A DNA stretch of 64,000 nucleotides from Octopus vulgaris (taxonomy: Eukaryota), in NCBI GenBank assembly GCA_951406725.2, contig OX597826.1:44888001-44952000 (forward strand), in the 5' to 3' direction. The notes below the pieces were generated by a model. It was given only the letters and a program-made list of their open reading frames with translations. It searched no databases and had not been told where the DNA came from. This document shows, in pieces, positions 13,711-26,983 of this stretch. The position numbers and the translations under genes are program-made. Every line of letters begins with the position of its first letter. The first letter of the stretch is position 1.

Positions 13711-13964
13711 AACAACAACGACGGTGAAGAGGAGGAGGAGGAGGAGGAGGAGAATTAGGAGACAGTATGGCTCGGCATTGACGTATTGTCAGGTGAATAC
13801 AGGTTTGCGATAAATGGATGGCAAAAATTCACAAGTTAAGTTTAAACTCCTAATATGAAACAACCAATTACCCTGCAATACGATGGCATAGTGAATATGA
13901 GCTCTAATTAAGTATTAGATGTGCCAGTTCTCTGGTGATAGGGAGCAAGTTCAATCAGGTACCC

Positions 13965-14759
13965 TGAAGTACGAACGAGAGTAACCAGCATCCACATGTT
14001 GACAGAATGACATCATCTGTCTTTAACACGCGAAAAGAAAAAGACAGACAAAAGAGGAAAAAAAAGGACAGGGAAAAGAAGAATATTTACTCAAACAGTT
14101 TTGTATAAATTTGATGATATTCTCCTGTCATTTTATTAATTCCTCCAGGACGTGATGTTAATAACCCACAAATATATTTTTCCTCATGCATTTTAAGAAG
14201 TAAAAGTGAAGCAAATTCTGAATATTTTCTGAGAATATGAACTTTCAAGTCTTTTTCAAAATTGCAGCCGTTTGAAACGAAATGTTCGGCAAGTTCTGTC
14301 GAACTACTGTTATGTTGTGCCCGATATCGAATCTCTGCCGAATAAATCTTCTGTTTAATTGTTCTGTTGTACAACCAACACAAATAAAGCTATGTTTCGA
14401 GCATTCTGCCGCGTATACCAAATGGGAATCTTTACATGTTCCACCTTCTGTATAAATCATGACATTTTTGTTATGATTCCTGATGAAATTCAGTTGACTC
14501 ATGTTGTTGCACAATGAACTGGAAAAATATGCTTGTGGGTTATTAACATCACGCCCTGGAGGAATTAATAAAATGACAGGAGAATATCATCAAATTTATA
14601 CAAAACTGTTTGAGTAAATATTTTTCTTTTTCTTTTCTGTTTTTTTTCTTTCCTCTGTTTTCTGTCTTTTTCTTTTCGCGTGTTATAACATTGAAACTTA
14701 AAGACTGATGATGTCATTCCATCAACGTGTGGATGCTGTTTTCTCTCGTTCATACTTCA
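13965..14759 (-). mobile_element. Penelope-like element 3' fragment: frameshifted GIY-YIG endonuclease (14087-14514) with an inverted copy of its own 3' end (14521-14759)
   Basis: TCKDSHLVYAAECSKHSFICVGCTTEQLNRRF / ELAEHF...EEKYICGLLTSRPGGIN matches the PLE C-terminal GIY-YIG pattern; arms 13965-14183 and 14521-14759 are inverted copies. Confidence 0.85.
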
Positions 14760-14927
14760 AATTTCTACAAATTTGAATTTTTATCACGTCTTCATTTGAA
14801 CTCGATAAACAAAGACTTACTCTCGAAATATCGTTCAACAAATAAAATATCTATTACAACCGAATCGCACTCTTCGTCTTGACTAACAACAACAACAACA
14901 ACAACAACAACAATAATAATAATAATG

Positions 14928-14982
<55 letters not shown>

Positions 14983-15039
14983 ACACCAAACGAATATAAA
15001 AAAAACAGAAAAAAAGAGTAGAAATTATCTGACTGGCAG

Positions 15040-15880
15040 GAGAAGACGTTGCATCTTAGAATTCCAAAGATAATTTCAGCAAATAGTAGTAGTAAGACAT
15101 GGTTGTGGCTGCAGAAAGGAAAGCTGATGGGGGAGATAGAAAGTTTGTTTGTAGCTGCACAAGATCAAGCATTAAGAACTATTTCGATAAAAGTCAAAAT
15201 AAACAAAAATCAAGTAGTTTTCAATGTAGATAATGCAAAATCCAAAGAGGAAAACATTACTCATACGGTAAGTGAATGTAGCATGTTGGCACAGAAAGAA
15301 TACAAGAAAAGCCATGACAATCTAGGAAGAGCAATCCACTGGGAGCTTTGTAGAAAGCTGGGATTTGAACATACTGATAAATGGTATGAACATGAACTTA
15401 GTAAAGTAAGGAATACAAGATACTGAGGGGATTTAAAGTTCAGTCAGACAGCTAGAAGGACTGATTAGTAGTAGATAAAGAGATTAGAAAGAGCCAGATA
15501 ATTGACTTTAGAGTCTCAAATGATGAAAAAATTAATGAGATTAATGTGAGAAAAAAATTAATAGGAGCTAGCTGTTGAATTACAGAGACTACGGAAAGTG
15601 CGGGTAAAATGTATTCCAGTAGTTACAGGCGCATTTGGAGCTATCCCTAAAGATCTGAATAGATGGACACAGGAAATAGGCATAAAACCCAGTTTAGTAC
15701 AGCTGTAGAAAACAGTGTTATTAGGGACAGCTAGGATACTTAGGAGGGTTCTTGACATCTAATGTTACTTACTGTAACCCAATAGGAGGTTTCTTGACAT
15801 ATAAGGCTACTTGTAGTCTGGTGTTAAGATCCTTTTCTTGTCCAACAGTCTAATCTGTTGAGTGTATAATAACAACAACA
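15040..15880 (+). mobile_element. R4/Dong-type non-LTR retrotransposon 3' fragment (decayed zinc knuckle plus RLE endonuclease)
   Basis: WLQKGKL..EIESLFVAAQDQALRT...EENITHTVSECSMLAQKEYKKSHDNLGRAIHWELC...WYEHE, later ELAVELQRL.KVRVKCIPVVTGAFGAIPK...KTVLLGTARILRRVL*. Preceded by (AAC)n(AAT)n at 14885-14980 and ends in ataataacaacaac. Confidence 0.88.
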
Positions 15881-16037
15881 ATTCTGCCACTCAGATTTTC
15901 GATCAAATCTTATAATCTATAGTATATATTATCCTACATGAATGATAGAGAGCCTGCGAGAATGAGGGCGATAATAAATGTCTTTCTTAAATTATGTACA
16001 TAATAGAATCCACATAAAACGGTCTTGTAATTCTGTA

Positions 16038-16181
16038 AATATAAGAAATCCTACTAGGAATCAAATTACAAAGCAATATAAGGAATCACGCCAGGGTCCA
16101 AATTGCAAGGAAATATGAGGAATCGCACGGGAGACAAATTGAAAGAAAAGTATAAGGAATCTCACACCAGGAAACAAATTA
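16038..16181. repeat. Degenerate minisatellite, about 37-bp unit x4
   Basis: AATATAAGGAATC..N..CAAATT units start at 16038, 16075, 16112 and 16149. Confidence 0.75.
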
Positions 16182-16461
16182 AAATGTGTATGTGCGTATG
16201 TGTATATGTGTATGTGTCCGTTTAGTATTGACTATTGGATTAAAGAGTACTCAAACCACGGTGAAGATTAATAATATATTTTTGTTGAGTCAGTTTCTAG
16301 TTGCTCTGAGTTTCGTATGTGCCTACAGAAGAAACTCACAACGCAAAAACATGGACTAATCCAATTTGTGCGTGTGTGTGTGCGCGCGCGTAACTACCTT
16401 ATCTTATATCTGTATCTATCTATGTATCTGTCTGTCTATCAATTTATCTATGTATGTATCT

Positions 16462-16530
<69 letters not shown>

Positions 16531-16586
16531 AATAAATATATTAAATATATATATATATGTACTCATATCAATATATAGATTTAGAT

Positions 16587-16655
<69 letters not shown>

Positions 16656-17109
16656 CATAAATATATATATATATATATACATATAAATATATTTATATAT
16701 ATACATACATATATACATATTAGGAATCGCACCACGGGAAGAATCACACGTATAAGAAACTGTGGTGGGCAATAGAATTGCAAGAAGAAGATATGGATCG
16801 GAGAAATAAATACACTACTTTATACATAATAAAAAAAAAACTTATGGTATCTAATAAATTATCCTGTAATTCATGATGATATACAGAATGACATATCTGA
16901 AGAATAAATGTTTCATTGAGACCAATTACTGAATTTTAGTGAATTGATGACGACAAAAAAAAAATATGAACTATCATAATAGGATTCAATGAAATATTAT
17001 AGAAGAATAAATGTAGAGAAAACCTGATAATAGTGAGCAAAACTATGAGATTGGAAGTTGTTTAAAGATAGTGCAGGAAGCTAAAAGCTATATATCGAAG
17101 AATAATGAT

Positions 17110-17280
17110 CCTTTCTCTTATAGGTAAAAGCATGAAATTTTGAAGTAGGGGAATAGTTAATTACATCGACACCAGTTCTCAATTGTAACTTATTTCATCG
17201 ACCTCAACAGAATGAAGAGCATACTCGACCTCGTCGAAATTTGAACTATGGACGTAAAATGCAGATGAATTGCTGCAAAG
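17110..17280 (-). mobile_element. Degenerate SINE S2
   Basis: TTACATCGAC..CAGTT, CATCGACCTC..GAATGAAG, CTCGACCTCGTCGAAATTTGAACT. Confidence 0.7.
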
Positions 17281-17635
17281 TGTATTGTGTTTATTTTTAA
17301 TAGAAAGACGTCATATAACGTTTATGATGGAGTGTGGCAGGTATGCACTCTTAGCCGAGGTCTTACACACCTGAAACAGGTGTAGTAAACCTCAGACCAT
17401 TTATGTTATTATTTATTTTACACCATACCTTCCTTACATAGTATCTGGAAGTTAAGTGGATCCTGAAATTGCACACCAGAGTACGTCGGTTTGTGATTTT
17501 GCATGTACATGTATATTTATATAGATGAAAATATCAATCTGTTCATATCCATGTGCACGTAAGAAGTAAGACAAATTCGTATATACATCAATATATGCGT
17601 AAGTGTTCATATAGACTGTTGATACACTGATGTGC

Positions 17636-17712
17636 TGTTCTCGGCCATAAATTAGAGTCCTTATTAAAGTACCTCGATACAATCAAATCCTGAACATAAT
17701 ATATACACACAC

Positions 17713-17774
<62 letters not shown>

Positions 17775-17839
17775 ATATATTATGTTCAGGATTTGATTGA
17801 ATCGAGGTACTTTAATAAGGACTCTAATTTATGGCCGAG

Positions 17840-17843
<4 letters not shown>
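17636..17843. repeat. Near-perfect palindrome (~80-bp arms) centred on a (TA)n tract
   Basis: TGTTCTCGGCCATAAATTAGAG...CATAATATATACACAC / GTGTGTATATATTATG...TATGGCCGAGAACA, 1 mismatch. Confidence 0.95.
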
Positions 17844-17911
<68 letters not shown>

Positions 17912-18195
17912 TTTTGTCTGTGTGTGTAGGTATTTTCTTCGCAACCACATTTTTCGGGTGCAGCGTGACTGCGTGGCATTTTCGGCAAGTGCTTTCTCCT
18001 CCACTTTCGCTTCGAACTATGCCTTATGAGCGAATATTCTGGACGGGAACCTGTGTGAATGATTCTACGTATGTATTTGCATGAATGAGCTTACACACAC
18101 ACACACACATACACATATATGCATAAGTGCAATTCATTTAGGAAAAAAACGACATTTTGGGAATATACAGGGAAGGCATTTATAGTGAAAATGTC

Positions 18196-18272
<77 letters not shown>

Positions 18273-18273
18273 G

Positions 18274-18311
<38 letters not shown>

Positions 18312-18456
18312 AGAGAGAGAGAGATGATATATATATATATATACACATATATATGTGTGTATATATTTACGCATTGTATACACACACATATTTATACGTA
18401 TGCATGTGCATACACGCTTATGTATATGTATACATTTATATATATATGTGTGTGTT

Positions 18457-18487
<31 letters not shown>

Positions 18488-19128
18488 AGGTGAAATAAAT
18501 ATGGTCAGAAAATGGAGAGTTGATAATGTATAGCTAATTTTTTAGTATCATAGTTTGTTGTTAAGTTTAAAAAACAAATAAACTTTAAAAAAACACAATT
18601 GAAAACTCCAAAACCTACACGCTTCGATTCTGGGCCCTTAATACTGCATAATTCAAAGCATTTGGTTCAAATCGAATGTTAAGAATTTGTTGTCCTTTTA
18701 AGCTGTATGAGGCAAGATCTCTTCAGTGAGTGTTTTTGTTTGTTTGTTTTAATAAAACGAAGGTTACATATTTCTTGAAGGGATTTAAATCAAAAACTAA
18801 AGAAGTTTAAAATGGTATTTCTTATATATTGTTTCTATCTATTTTCAAACGTTAAAAATTCATCTAAGTAGAAATAAAGATAGAATAAAATAAATATGTA
18901 TTTAAAAAATATATATATAATTTGAATAATGAAATAAAAATGTTATCATGTTATATCTGTATGAGAAAAGAATTATGTAATTAGATAAATAAATTAAAAT
19001 ATAAGCAATAAATAATAAATAAACCATCGTAATTGTATAATTTCCATTGGCTTGCGAGTAGATATTAGTAGATATTCATGTATGCATGTTCATCGAATCA
19101 TATCTAATCAAATTTAATCGTTTATATA

Positions 19129-19860
19129 CAGGGTGGGTGAGAAGTAAGTAGGCATTAAAAATTGGTAATAAAATCCATATTCATTTTACAAATTTATTGA
19201 AACAAGTGATGCGTATCTTTATTACATGGGAAAATGAAACTAAATTTTGATATTTCAGCGTAAGCAGCGGTGGTGTCAAGCAGTTTCTTCAAATAGGCAA
19301 GGATGGAATGATTTCCTTCTTAAGGAAATCTCTGGGATATCATTGAGAACCTCCTGAATCCTTGTCTCCGAGTCCTCCAGGTGCGAGGTTCTGTCTTGTA
19401 TGTACACCTCTTTTGTGTAACCCCTCTGGTAAAAATCACATGAAGTGAGAACTGAATTCCTGGAGTTCTGTACTTTTGGACTTCTGCGGTGATAGTCTTC
19501 AAGTTTTGGCTCCTGCACGTAATGGGGTTTCCACGGACGAAAATTCATTTCTTTATGCAACACCGTCCATATTGTGTGTCTCGTTAGTTCACTCTCACGA
19601 GCTATTTGACGTGTTGATTTTTGAGGACTGCGAATGAACATTTGCTGCACTGTTGCCACGTTCTCCGCTGGTCGGGATGTAACTGGACAGCCACTTCTCC
19701 TTGCATCTTTCACAGAGCCCGTGGTCATCAGCCTTGCATAACAACTTTTTTTTATTGTCTCCGCGACGTAGTGCTGCATGCTTACCTTTCCATCCACGCC
19801 ACCATCTCTGAACCAAGACAACGAGCTAAGATAGCATGCTGCTATCTTAAAACCTAATGA
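19129..19860 (-). mobile_element. Internally deleted Tc1/mariner-superfamily (maT/DD37D-like, DUF4817-type HTH) transposon remnant
   Basis: ORF 19276-19821: TGSVKDARRSGCP...ENVATVQQMFIRSPQKSTRQIARE...HKEMNFRPWKPHYVQE joined to LTSCDFYQRGYTKEVY...LED.ETRIQEVLNDIP; most of the DDE core is missing. TA|CAGGGTG terminus at 19129. Confidence 0.8.
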
Positions 19861-20135
19861 ATTTATATAACTGTTAAATGGTTATACCATTTACTTATAA
19901 TAATTTATTTATGATAAATTTATCTCTTTTGTAATACAACTGGATACAATTACGTAAAGTATAATAAATCAATCTTACATACATATTAAATGTTTAAAAA
20001 ACATATTATGCTTAAATTAGAATTTACGTACATTAATGTTAAAAGTTTTATAAATTAAATATATGAATGATTATTTATATATAATTATGTGTATGTGTAT
20101 ATATATATGTATATATGTATACGTACATACATACG

Positions 20136-20180
<45 letters not shown>

Positions 20181-20374
20181 TTCGGTTTTGGAATTGGTTT
20201 GCAAGATTCTTTATGTGAGTTCGAGTGTTGAAGCATATTTTGTTGTGTTTGGCGAGAGTCATTCTCTTTTATTGCTTTATTATTTAACACACTCACCGGT
20301 AAAGTTTCCACTCATATATTTATTTATTTTTCCAAAAATTTTCTTTGAGTCTTGCAACCATTTCAATAGTCATT

Positions 20375-20480
20375 GCCCAAGTAGACTTCGCCTTTCACCA
20401 TTTCGGGGTCGATAAATTAAGTACCAGTTGCGCACTGGGGTTGACTGGTCCCCTCCCCAAAATTTCGAGCCTTGTGCTAT
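20375..20480 (+). mobile_element. Partial SINE S2 (Meta-like domain plus tail)
   Basis: GACTTCGCCTTTCACCATTTCGGGGTCGATAAATTAAGTACCAG...CCCCAAAATTTCGAGCCTTGTG. Confidence 0.8.
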
Positions 20481-20576
20481 ATAATCCATCCTCTATTTCC
20501 GGGAATTCACTATTAAACTTATATAAAATGTATATTCCGACCAAATATGTCATCTGAGCGGAATCAGTTGTGCCCA

Positions 20577-20634
<58 letters not shown>

Positions 20635-20738
20635 TTGGCTAAACTGGCAAAATGACTATTCCTAAATACAACATATATATAATAGAAATATTAAAATTAC
20701 TAAGTCTCTCTAAAGGAGATTACGGCAGCGTTACTGGC

Positions 20739-20771
<33 letters not shown>

Positions 20772-20776
<5 letters not shown>

Positions 20777-21057
20777 TCGCCATACTTATATGGCAGTCTT
20801 ATAAATATAAGACTAAAGCTGTCACTGATTAGCTCCAAGAGGCCACCGCCTCAAGCTAGCTATTTGACACACAACCAGAAACTTGTCTGCAGCTGTCTGA
20901 CTGGCAGGATGAAGCGGCTGACCTCCCCTGTTCGAAGGTTTATAATGGACGCAGGTTGTGTGTCAAATAGCTAGCTTGGGGTGGTGGCCTCTTGGAGCTA
21001 ATCAGCGACAGCTTTAGTCTTATATTTATAAGACTGCCATATAAGTATGGCGATAAC

Positions 21058-21058
<1 letters not shown>
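20772..21058. repeat. (TA)n-flanked fold-back element, 105-bp arms, 77-bp spacer, 3 transition mismatches
   Basis: Arms 20772-20876 and 20954-21058; both outer ends abut (TA)n directly. Confidence 0.95.
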
Positions 21059-21094
<36 letters not shown>

Positions 21095-21165
21095 ATGTAT
21101 ATATATATATGTATATATGTATATAAATATATGTATGCATGTATATATATGTATGTATGTATATA

Positions 21166-21215
<50 letters not shown>

Positions 21216-21251
21216 TATGTATGCATGTATATATATGTATGTATGTATATA

Positions 21252-21307
<56 letters not shown>

Positions 21308-21420
21308 AGGGAAGAAATGGAGCCGAACGAAGATTCTACAAAATTCCTTTTTATTATTTTCTACACATGTTAAATTTTGAATAATCCGTAACAAGATAAT
21401 TCATTTATCCATTTTATTAA

Positions 21421-21481
<61 letters not shown>

Positions 21482-24062
21482 ATGTATGTATATATATGTA
21501 TGTATTTATATATGTATATATATATATATATAAATATATATGCATCTATCTATCTATCTATCTATCTATATATATATATGTATATACATATGTGTGTGTG
21601 GATATATGTATAGATATACACACACCAATGTATATGCTTGGATGTGTTCGTATCTTCGTAATATAACGATTCATCGAAAGGTATCGATGGAGTACCAACA
21701 TGAGGAAAAATAAGCACTGTAGTCGATTTGATCGATTTAAGTTATCAAAGAGGTGCCCCAGAATGGCCACAGTTTAATTACTGTAATAGACAAAGCAATA
21801 AAAGAATATAAAATGGAATACTTACATATATATATATGTATATGTACGTACGTTCACACGCATTCATATGTGACATGTATGCCCGTAGATAGACATGCAT
21901 ACACGCATGCACAAGTTAATATTTATAACTTCCTGGTAATTATCGAAAGAATCTCAAAGGAATTTGTAATTTGATCAGCTGAATTAGATTGGTATAATGG
22001 AAATAATTTAGAATGTTATTTAATAACATCGGTTCATTGAGGTTGCTTAGCATTGCAACATCAATTAATGACTCAGCCTCCTTTATTTCTGTTTCAAATG
22101 AAAACCTAATGGCGCACAAAGCACAACAACTTTTAAAAAACACAGTTAGGCTTTACAAATACTCGTGTTCTTTTCAAAGAGACATAAGAGAAATGCTGTT
22201 GCTGCTTTTCTTACTCAGGCCGTATTATATCATATAATAGGTTCGTGTTGATGAACATGCCCGAATGGTTAAGAAGCTAACTTAGTAAGCCACAGAGGCT
22301 GGGGTTTGATGCTACTACAAGGCATTTTGTGAAAACATTTTCTCTAGCCTCGAGTAAGCCTATAAATTGTGAGTGAAACTGGGTAGACGGAAACTATCTT
22401 GAATCCCGTAAAGTGGATTGTACTTGTAATTCATAAGGTACTGTCTTGTCACACACTTTGTCACGTTGATTCTGTCTGCGAATTACGTTAACCCCACACG
22501 TGTCAGTAGAATATTCAGCTACTTCTGTAGTCGACCGACTGAGACCCAATACAAGCACCACGACTGCTAAATTCTTAGAAATATATCGAATATGTAATTT
22601 AAAAATATGTCTAAGGGGGAAATAAACCGAGGGAGCGTTCTGTAAACTAAATACAAGCAGGGTTTCATAAATGGAAAACTGCGAAGGGAAAAAATTTCAA
22701 TTAACTGTTATCCGTGTTCCGAATCCGTGTATACTCGGTTCAAATCCCATCGAATTCAACTTGCCTTTCTTCCTTTCAGGGGTCGATTAAAAATAGTAGT
22801 AATCCATGGTGGTGGATTGAATAGAATATAAGAAAGCTGAATCGGTTGTTTTGCGATCCCACATATAATCCGTCACCCAGCTTAATTCCATTACCTGACA
22901 ACTACATTGACTTTAAGCAGAGTTCCCTACGCAGCAAACGTTTGGAACAGGTTTCCTGTCTGATGTTACCTTCCTCCCATTCGTGTCTAAGGCTCTGCAG
23001 TAGGTCATCGGCATTGCCCTCCTTCATGACTAAAAGATAGAAAAACAAAGAGCTTACTAAAAATGTCTGGTGTTATTTCGTTGCTTAATACATTCGAAAA
23101 CAAATCATCTTTACATTAGATTTGACCTCTATTCAGACAGTGAGCGAAATAAATTTACAAAATGCAGGCTGGTAAATGAAAATGTCTATTATACATTATT
23201 AATATTTGATGAAATCTAATTATTTATGTTAGTTTCCAAATAAATTATGATTTTATTGAATAATTAGAGACAAAGGGAATAGTGACGAGACAGGGAAACA
23301 TTTTGAAATCAAGGAACAGAGGTTATAACAATAAATAAATTGTATATACTCGTATGACTTACAGTAATCTAATGTAGATTAATTTACTAGTTCCTATTCA
23401 TATCATTTGGCGTAGTTTATAGAAGTCATAGAAAAAATTGATTTTTGTTTAAAATCTGGAGTCATTTACGCTGCTTCTATTGACCTTTATTTTTTTCAAA
23501 TTCATCGCCATTAATAGAGAAAAAATCAGCGACCTCTTAATTCCCATGAGTCTCCTTCCTTCACATTCCTCAACCACCACCATGTTTAGTTCATCCACTC
23601 TAATTTTGCATCATTTCTGGTTAATGTATTAGTCAGTCTCCTTATCCCCGGTAATCGGCGATTATCTCATAGAATTCTGAAAAACTTATCGATTTCAGTG
23701 TCAATCTTTCAAGATAATTTGGTTATTTGGCAACTTAAGAGGAGTCAAAACGACCTGATAACATGCTATGACCTGCAGCGAACTAATGCCAAAAAGAAAA
23801 CGATAATATCTATTCAATTATAAAACTTTGGGGTGGTTTACAAATCAAGAGTAAACAGACAAGGAAATCAATGGCAGCTGATTGTCACTGACTTATTGTA
23901 ATTGCAACAAAACCCAAGTCTGATATATCAGTTTCTTTAAAATACACCAATGTAGTATTGTATGGAAGCATACAGACATACACATACGCATACATACATG
24001 CATACATACACACCTTGAAACAAGCATATATACATACATTCATATATACATGATTGCATGCA

Positions 24063-24123
<61 letters not shown>

Positions 24124-24703
24124 ATAATGTGTGTGTATGTATATATGAATGCTGATAAAAGCTCATGTCATGGCATCGCTTGATGGGGTTAGTTTTTGCC
24201 GCTTGTTGTCAAAACCTTAATATAACATGTCATTCCGGGTGTCAGATAAGCACGTGAAATGACATATCTTTATGAAACGTAGGAAAATAATACCGCACAT
24301 TGAACAAAATTAAGATGTATACGCTAAAAAGAACAACAACAGGAAAACAACAACTGCAGAAAACAACAACAACCCAAACAAACACTAAACAAAATTAAAT
24401 CGTAATAAGAATTTGATAACGTAACATCCAGTTTGAAAAAGTTTCAAAACAATTATACTTTTACGAGATATCGAACTGACCGGTGAAAATACTCGGAAAA
24501 GTTTTGAACACCTTTGATTTATATGGATTCTGTATAACCAAACAATAATGAAAACTCCTAGTTGCAGTTTAAATTAAAAAAGCTAAACCTGTTTAATTAG
24601 TGTTAATATCTTCATAGTTAATAGCTACAAAATATATAGTGGTTATAGGGGGACTGTTTCTTAAACCGAGTACAAGCCCTATCTATCTCTCTCTCTCTCT
24701 CTA

Positions 24704-24755
<52 letters not shown>

Positions 24756-24872
24756 TATCTGTTTGTTTGTGTGTCTGTCGAGTTCTTTTTCTCGCTTTCT
24801 CTCTCCTCTCTCACTCTGTCTCTCTTTCGATGATCTTCTAAGCTGCCAGAAATTTTTCTGAATAGTAGTCTG

Positions 24873-24953
<81 letters not shown>

Positions 24954-25468
24954 GTACGCATAACATCGAACACTCATACTCAATGTCTGTGTTTTGCTTG
25001 TTCGCCGGTCGGCTACGATTTTACACGATTTTACACGCCAGATTGTCATAGACACGCGAAACAGCTCACCCCGAGTCCCATTCAGGGGCGATGGACATCG
25101 ATTTTCGCGGGGTTCTTTTTTTTTGTGGTTTATCAACATCACGTACCCGAACCGAACCGGAGGCAAATTGAATAACCTGTTCATGACTCTATGTAAAATA
25201 GCTTAAAACCATCTGCCTGAACGATGCATACGCAGGTATCATTAAAATATGAGTTAGAAGAAGCGCGAGTATTGTAAACATAACTAGCTTTCAGGTGTTT
25301 TGAACATCCGGCGGTTTGAAAAAGTAATCTCCACCGCGTCACTTCGCAGCCGACCAGCGAACAAGTGAAGAACATATACTGAGTATGTGTGTTCCATAAC
25401 ACACGAGCTGCTTCACACTCATATTTGGATATGTGTGTGTGTGCGCGCGCGCTAATGTGCGTGTGTGC

Positions 25469-25517
<49 letters not shown>

Positions 25518-25530
25518 CGTGTGTGTATAT

Positions 25531-26272
25531 AAGCAAAGTTGCTGGTTATAAAATCTAAACAGTAAAGCGATTAGCTACACCACAGTGGCAGCTGGCTTTT
25601 GGTGCAAAGTGTGCACACTCTAAATACAATGCATTGCCAGCTGAGGGAGCGAACCCCTATTAACCTCCAGTAGTTAACAGGATCGCGGGACTGGCCCAGT
25701 TTCGAACTAGTTGGCTCATCCTAAGCCGTGCGCACCTGCGCAATGGAGTGACAGCTAAGATCAGCTTCTGACAGAAATATATTGTAAGCAAAGTGACCAT
25801 CGGTCAACAAGCAAATAGAGATAGAGTAATAACGTATACTAAACAGTAAAGCGAGTTGCCACGTCAAAGTGTCAGATGAATGTTACTACTAGTTTAACCC
25901 CAGGCGGATTCTCCGCCAACTGGCTTTCGGTGATAGCTCTGTATGCTTGCTTGTTGCAAATCAGTGACCGATGGTCACTTTTTTAAAAATATGTCGCTGG
26001 CAGAAGCGGATCTTAGCTATCACTCCACTGTGAAGTTGTGCGCGTCTAAGGGTCAACCAGATAGCTCGAAACCGCGATCCTGTTGGCTGCTGATGGGCAG
26101 AAGGGGTTCGTTCCCCCTGCTAGCGACGTATTCTATATAGAGGGTGCACAATTTGCACCACAAACCAGCTGGCGGAGAAACTGTCTGTGGTTTAACTGTG
26201 GCGACTAACTTTACTGTTTAGTATGTTACTACTCTATCTCACCTTGATATCTTATAACTAGCTATTTTGCTT
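25531..26272. mobile_element. Retrozyme/pLTR-like element: ~255-bp unit plus a partial tandem copy plus an inverted copy, each full unit carrying a decayed hammerhead
   Basis: AAGCAAAGT..CTAAACAGTAAAGCG recurs at ~25531 and ~25786; 25940-26272 is the reverse complement. Minus 25686-25728 reads cgg CUUAGGA u gagc caacua guuc GAAAC ugggcca GUC ccg; the plus copy at 26041-26076 lacks helix III. Confidence 0.7.
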
Positions 26273-26363
26273 ATATATACATATTCTTCATTAAAAAGCA
26301 GCAAAAGTACCACAAAAAACTGTTACTTGTTCGTCGGACAGATTTGGTTAGAATTCTAAACAT

Positions 26364-26405
26364 AACTGTCCGACGAACGGAAGCATGAAACTCTGAGTAA
26401 CAGTT
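26364..26405 (+). ncRNA. Hammerhead-like motif (U4C, weak helix II) in a fold-back insert at 26285-26520
   Basis: aacugu CCGACGA acggaagcau GAAAC ucuga GUA acaguu with a 6-bp helix I. Inverted partial copy at 26290-26341; related fragment at 58837-58936. Confidence 0.6.
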
Positions 26406-26518
26406 TTTGTGATATTTTTGGTGCTTTTTTATTAAGTATACTACTCTACCTCTGGTATTCGAGTACCATTTCTTCCACCTAGTTTCACATTTATATGCTT
26501 ACTCTGGTGTAACCAACT

Positions 26519-26604
<86 letters not shown>

Positions 26605-26850
26605 ATATGTATGTATGTATGTATGTATGCATGTATGATTGTATGTATGTATCTATCTATCTATCTATATATATATATATATTTGTAACTTCCTGGATTT
26701 TCAGGACGACACTCACGTTATATTCCTGCCTTAACCTCGTTCTCTTTTGATAGCTATGCACCAAATGGAGAGCTAAGTGTTAGCTTCTTCTGATTTTTTT
26801 AAAGCCATATTCTTTACGTTTGTGTGTATATGTATGTGCGTCTAAATTCG

Positions 26851-26915
<65 letters not shown>

Positions 26916-26930
26916 GTACATATATATATT

Positions 26931-26983
<53 letters not shown>

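Noticed and set aside
16038-16181. CRISPR-like repeat/spacer appearance (also 34380-34966 and 52884-52950)
   Set aside because: Eukaryotic context, no cas genes, and units are degenerate or contiguous without unique spacers.
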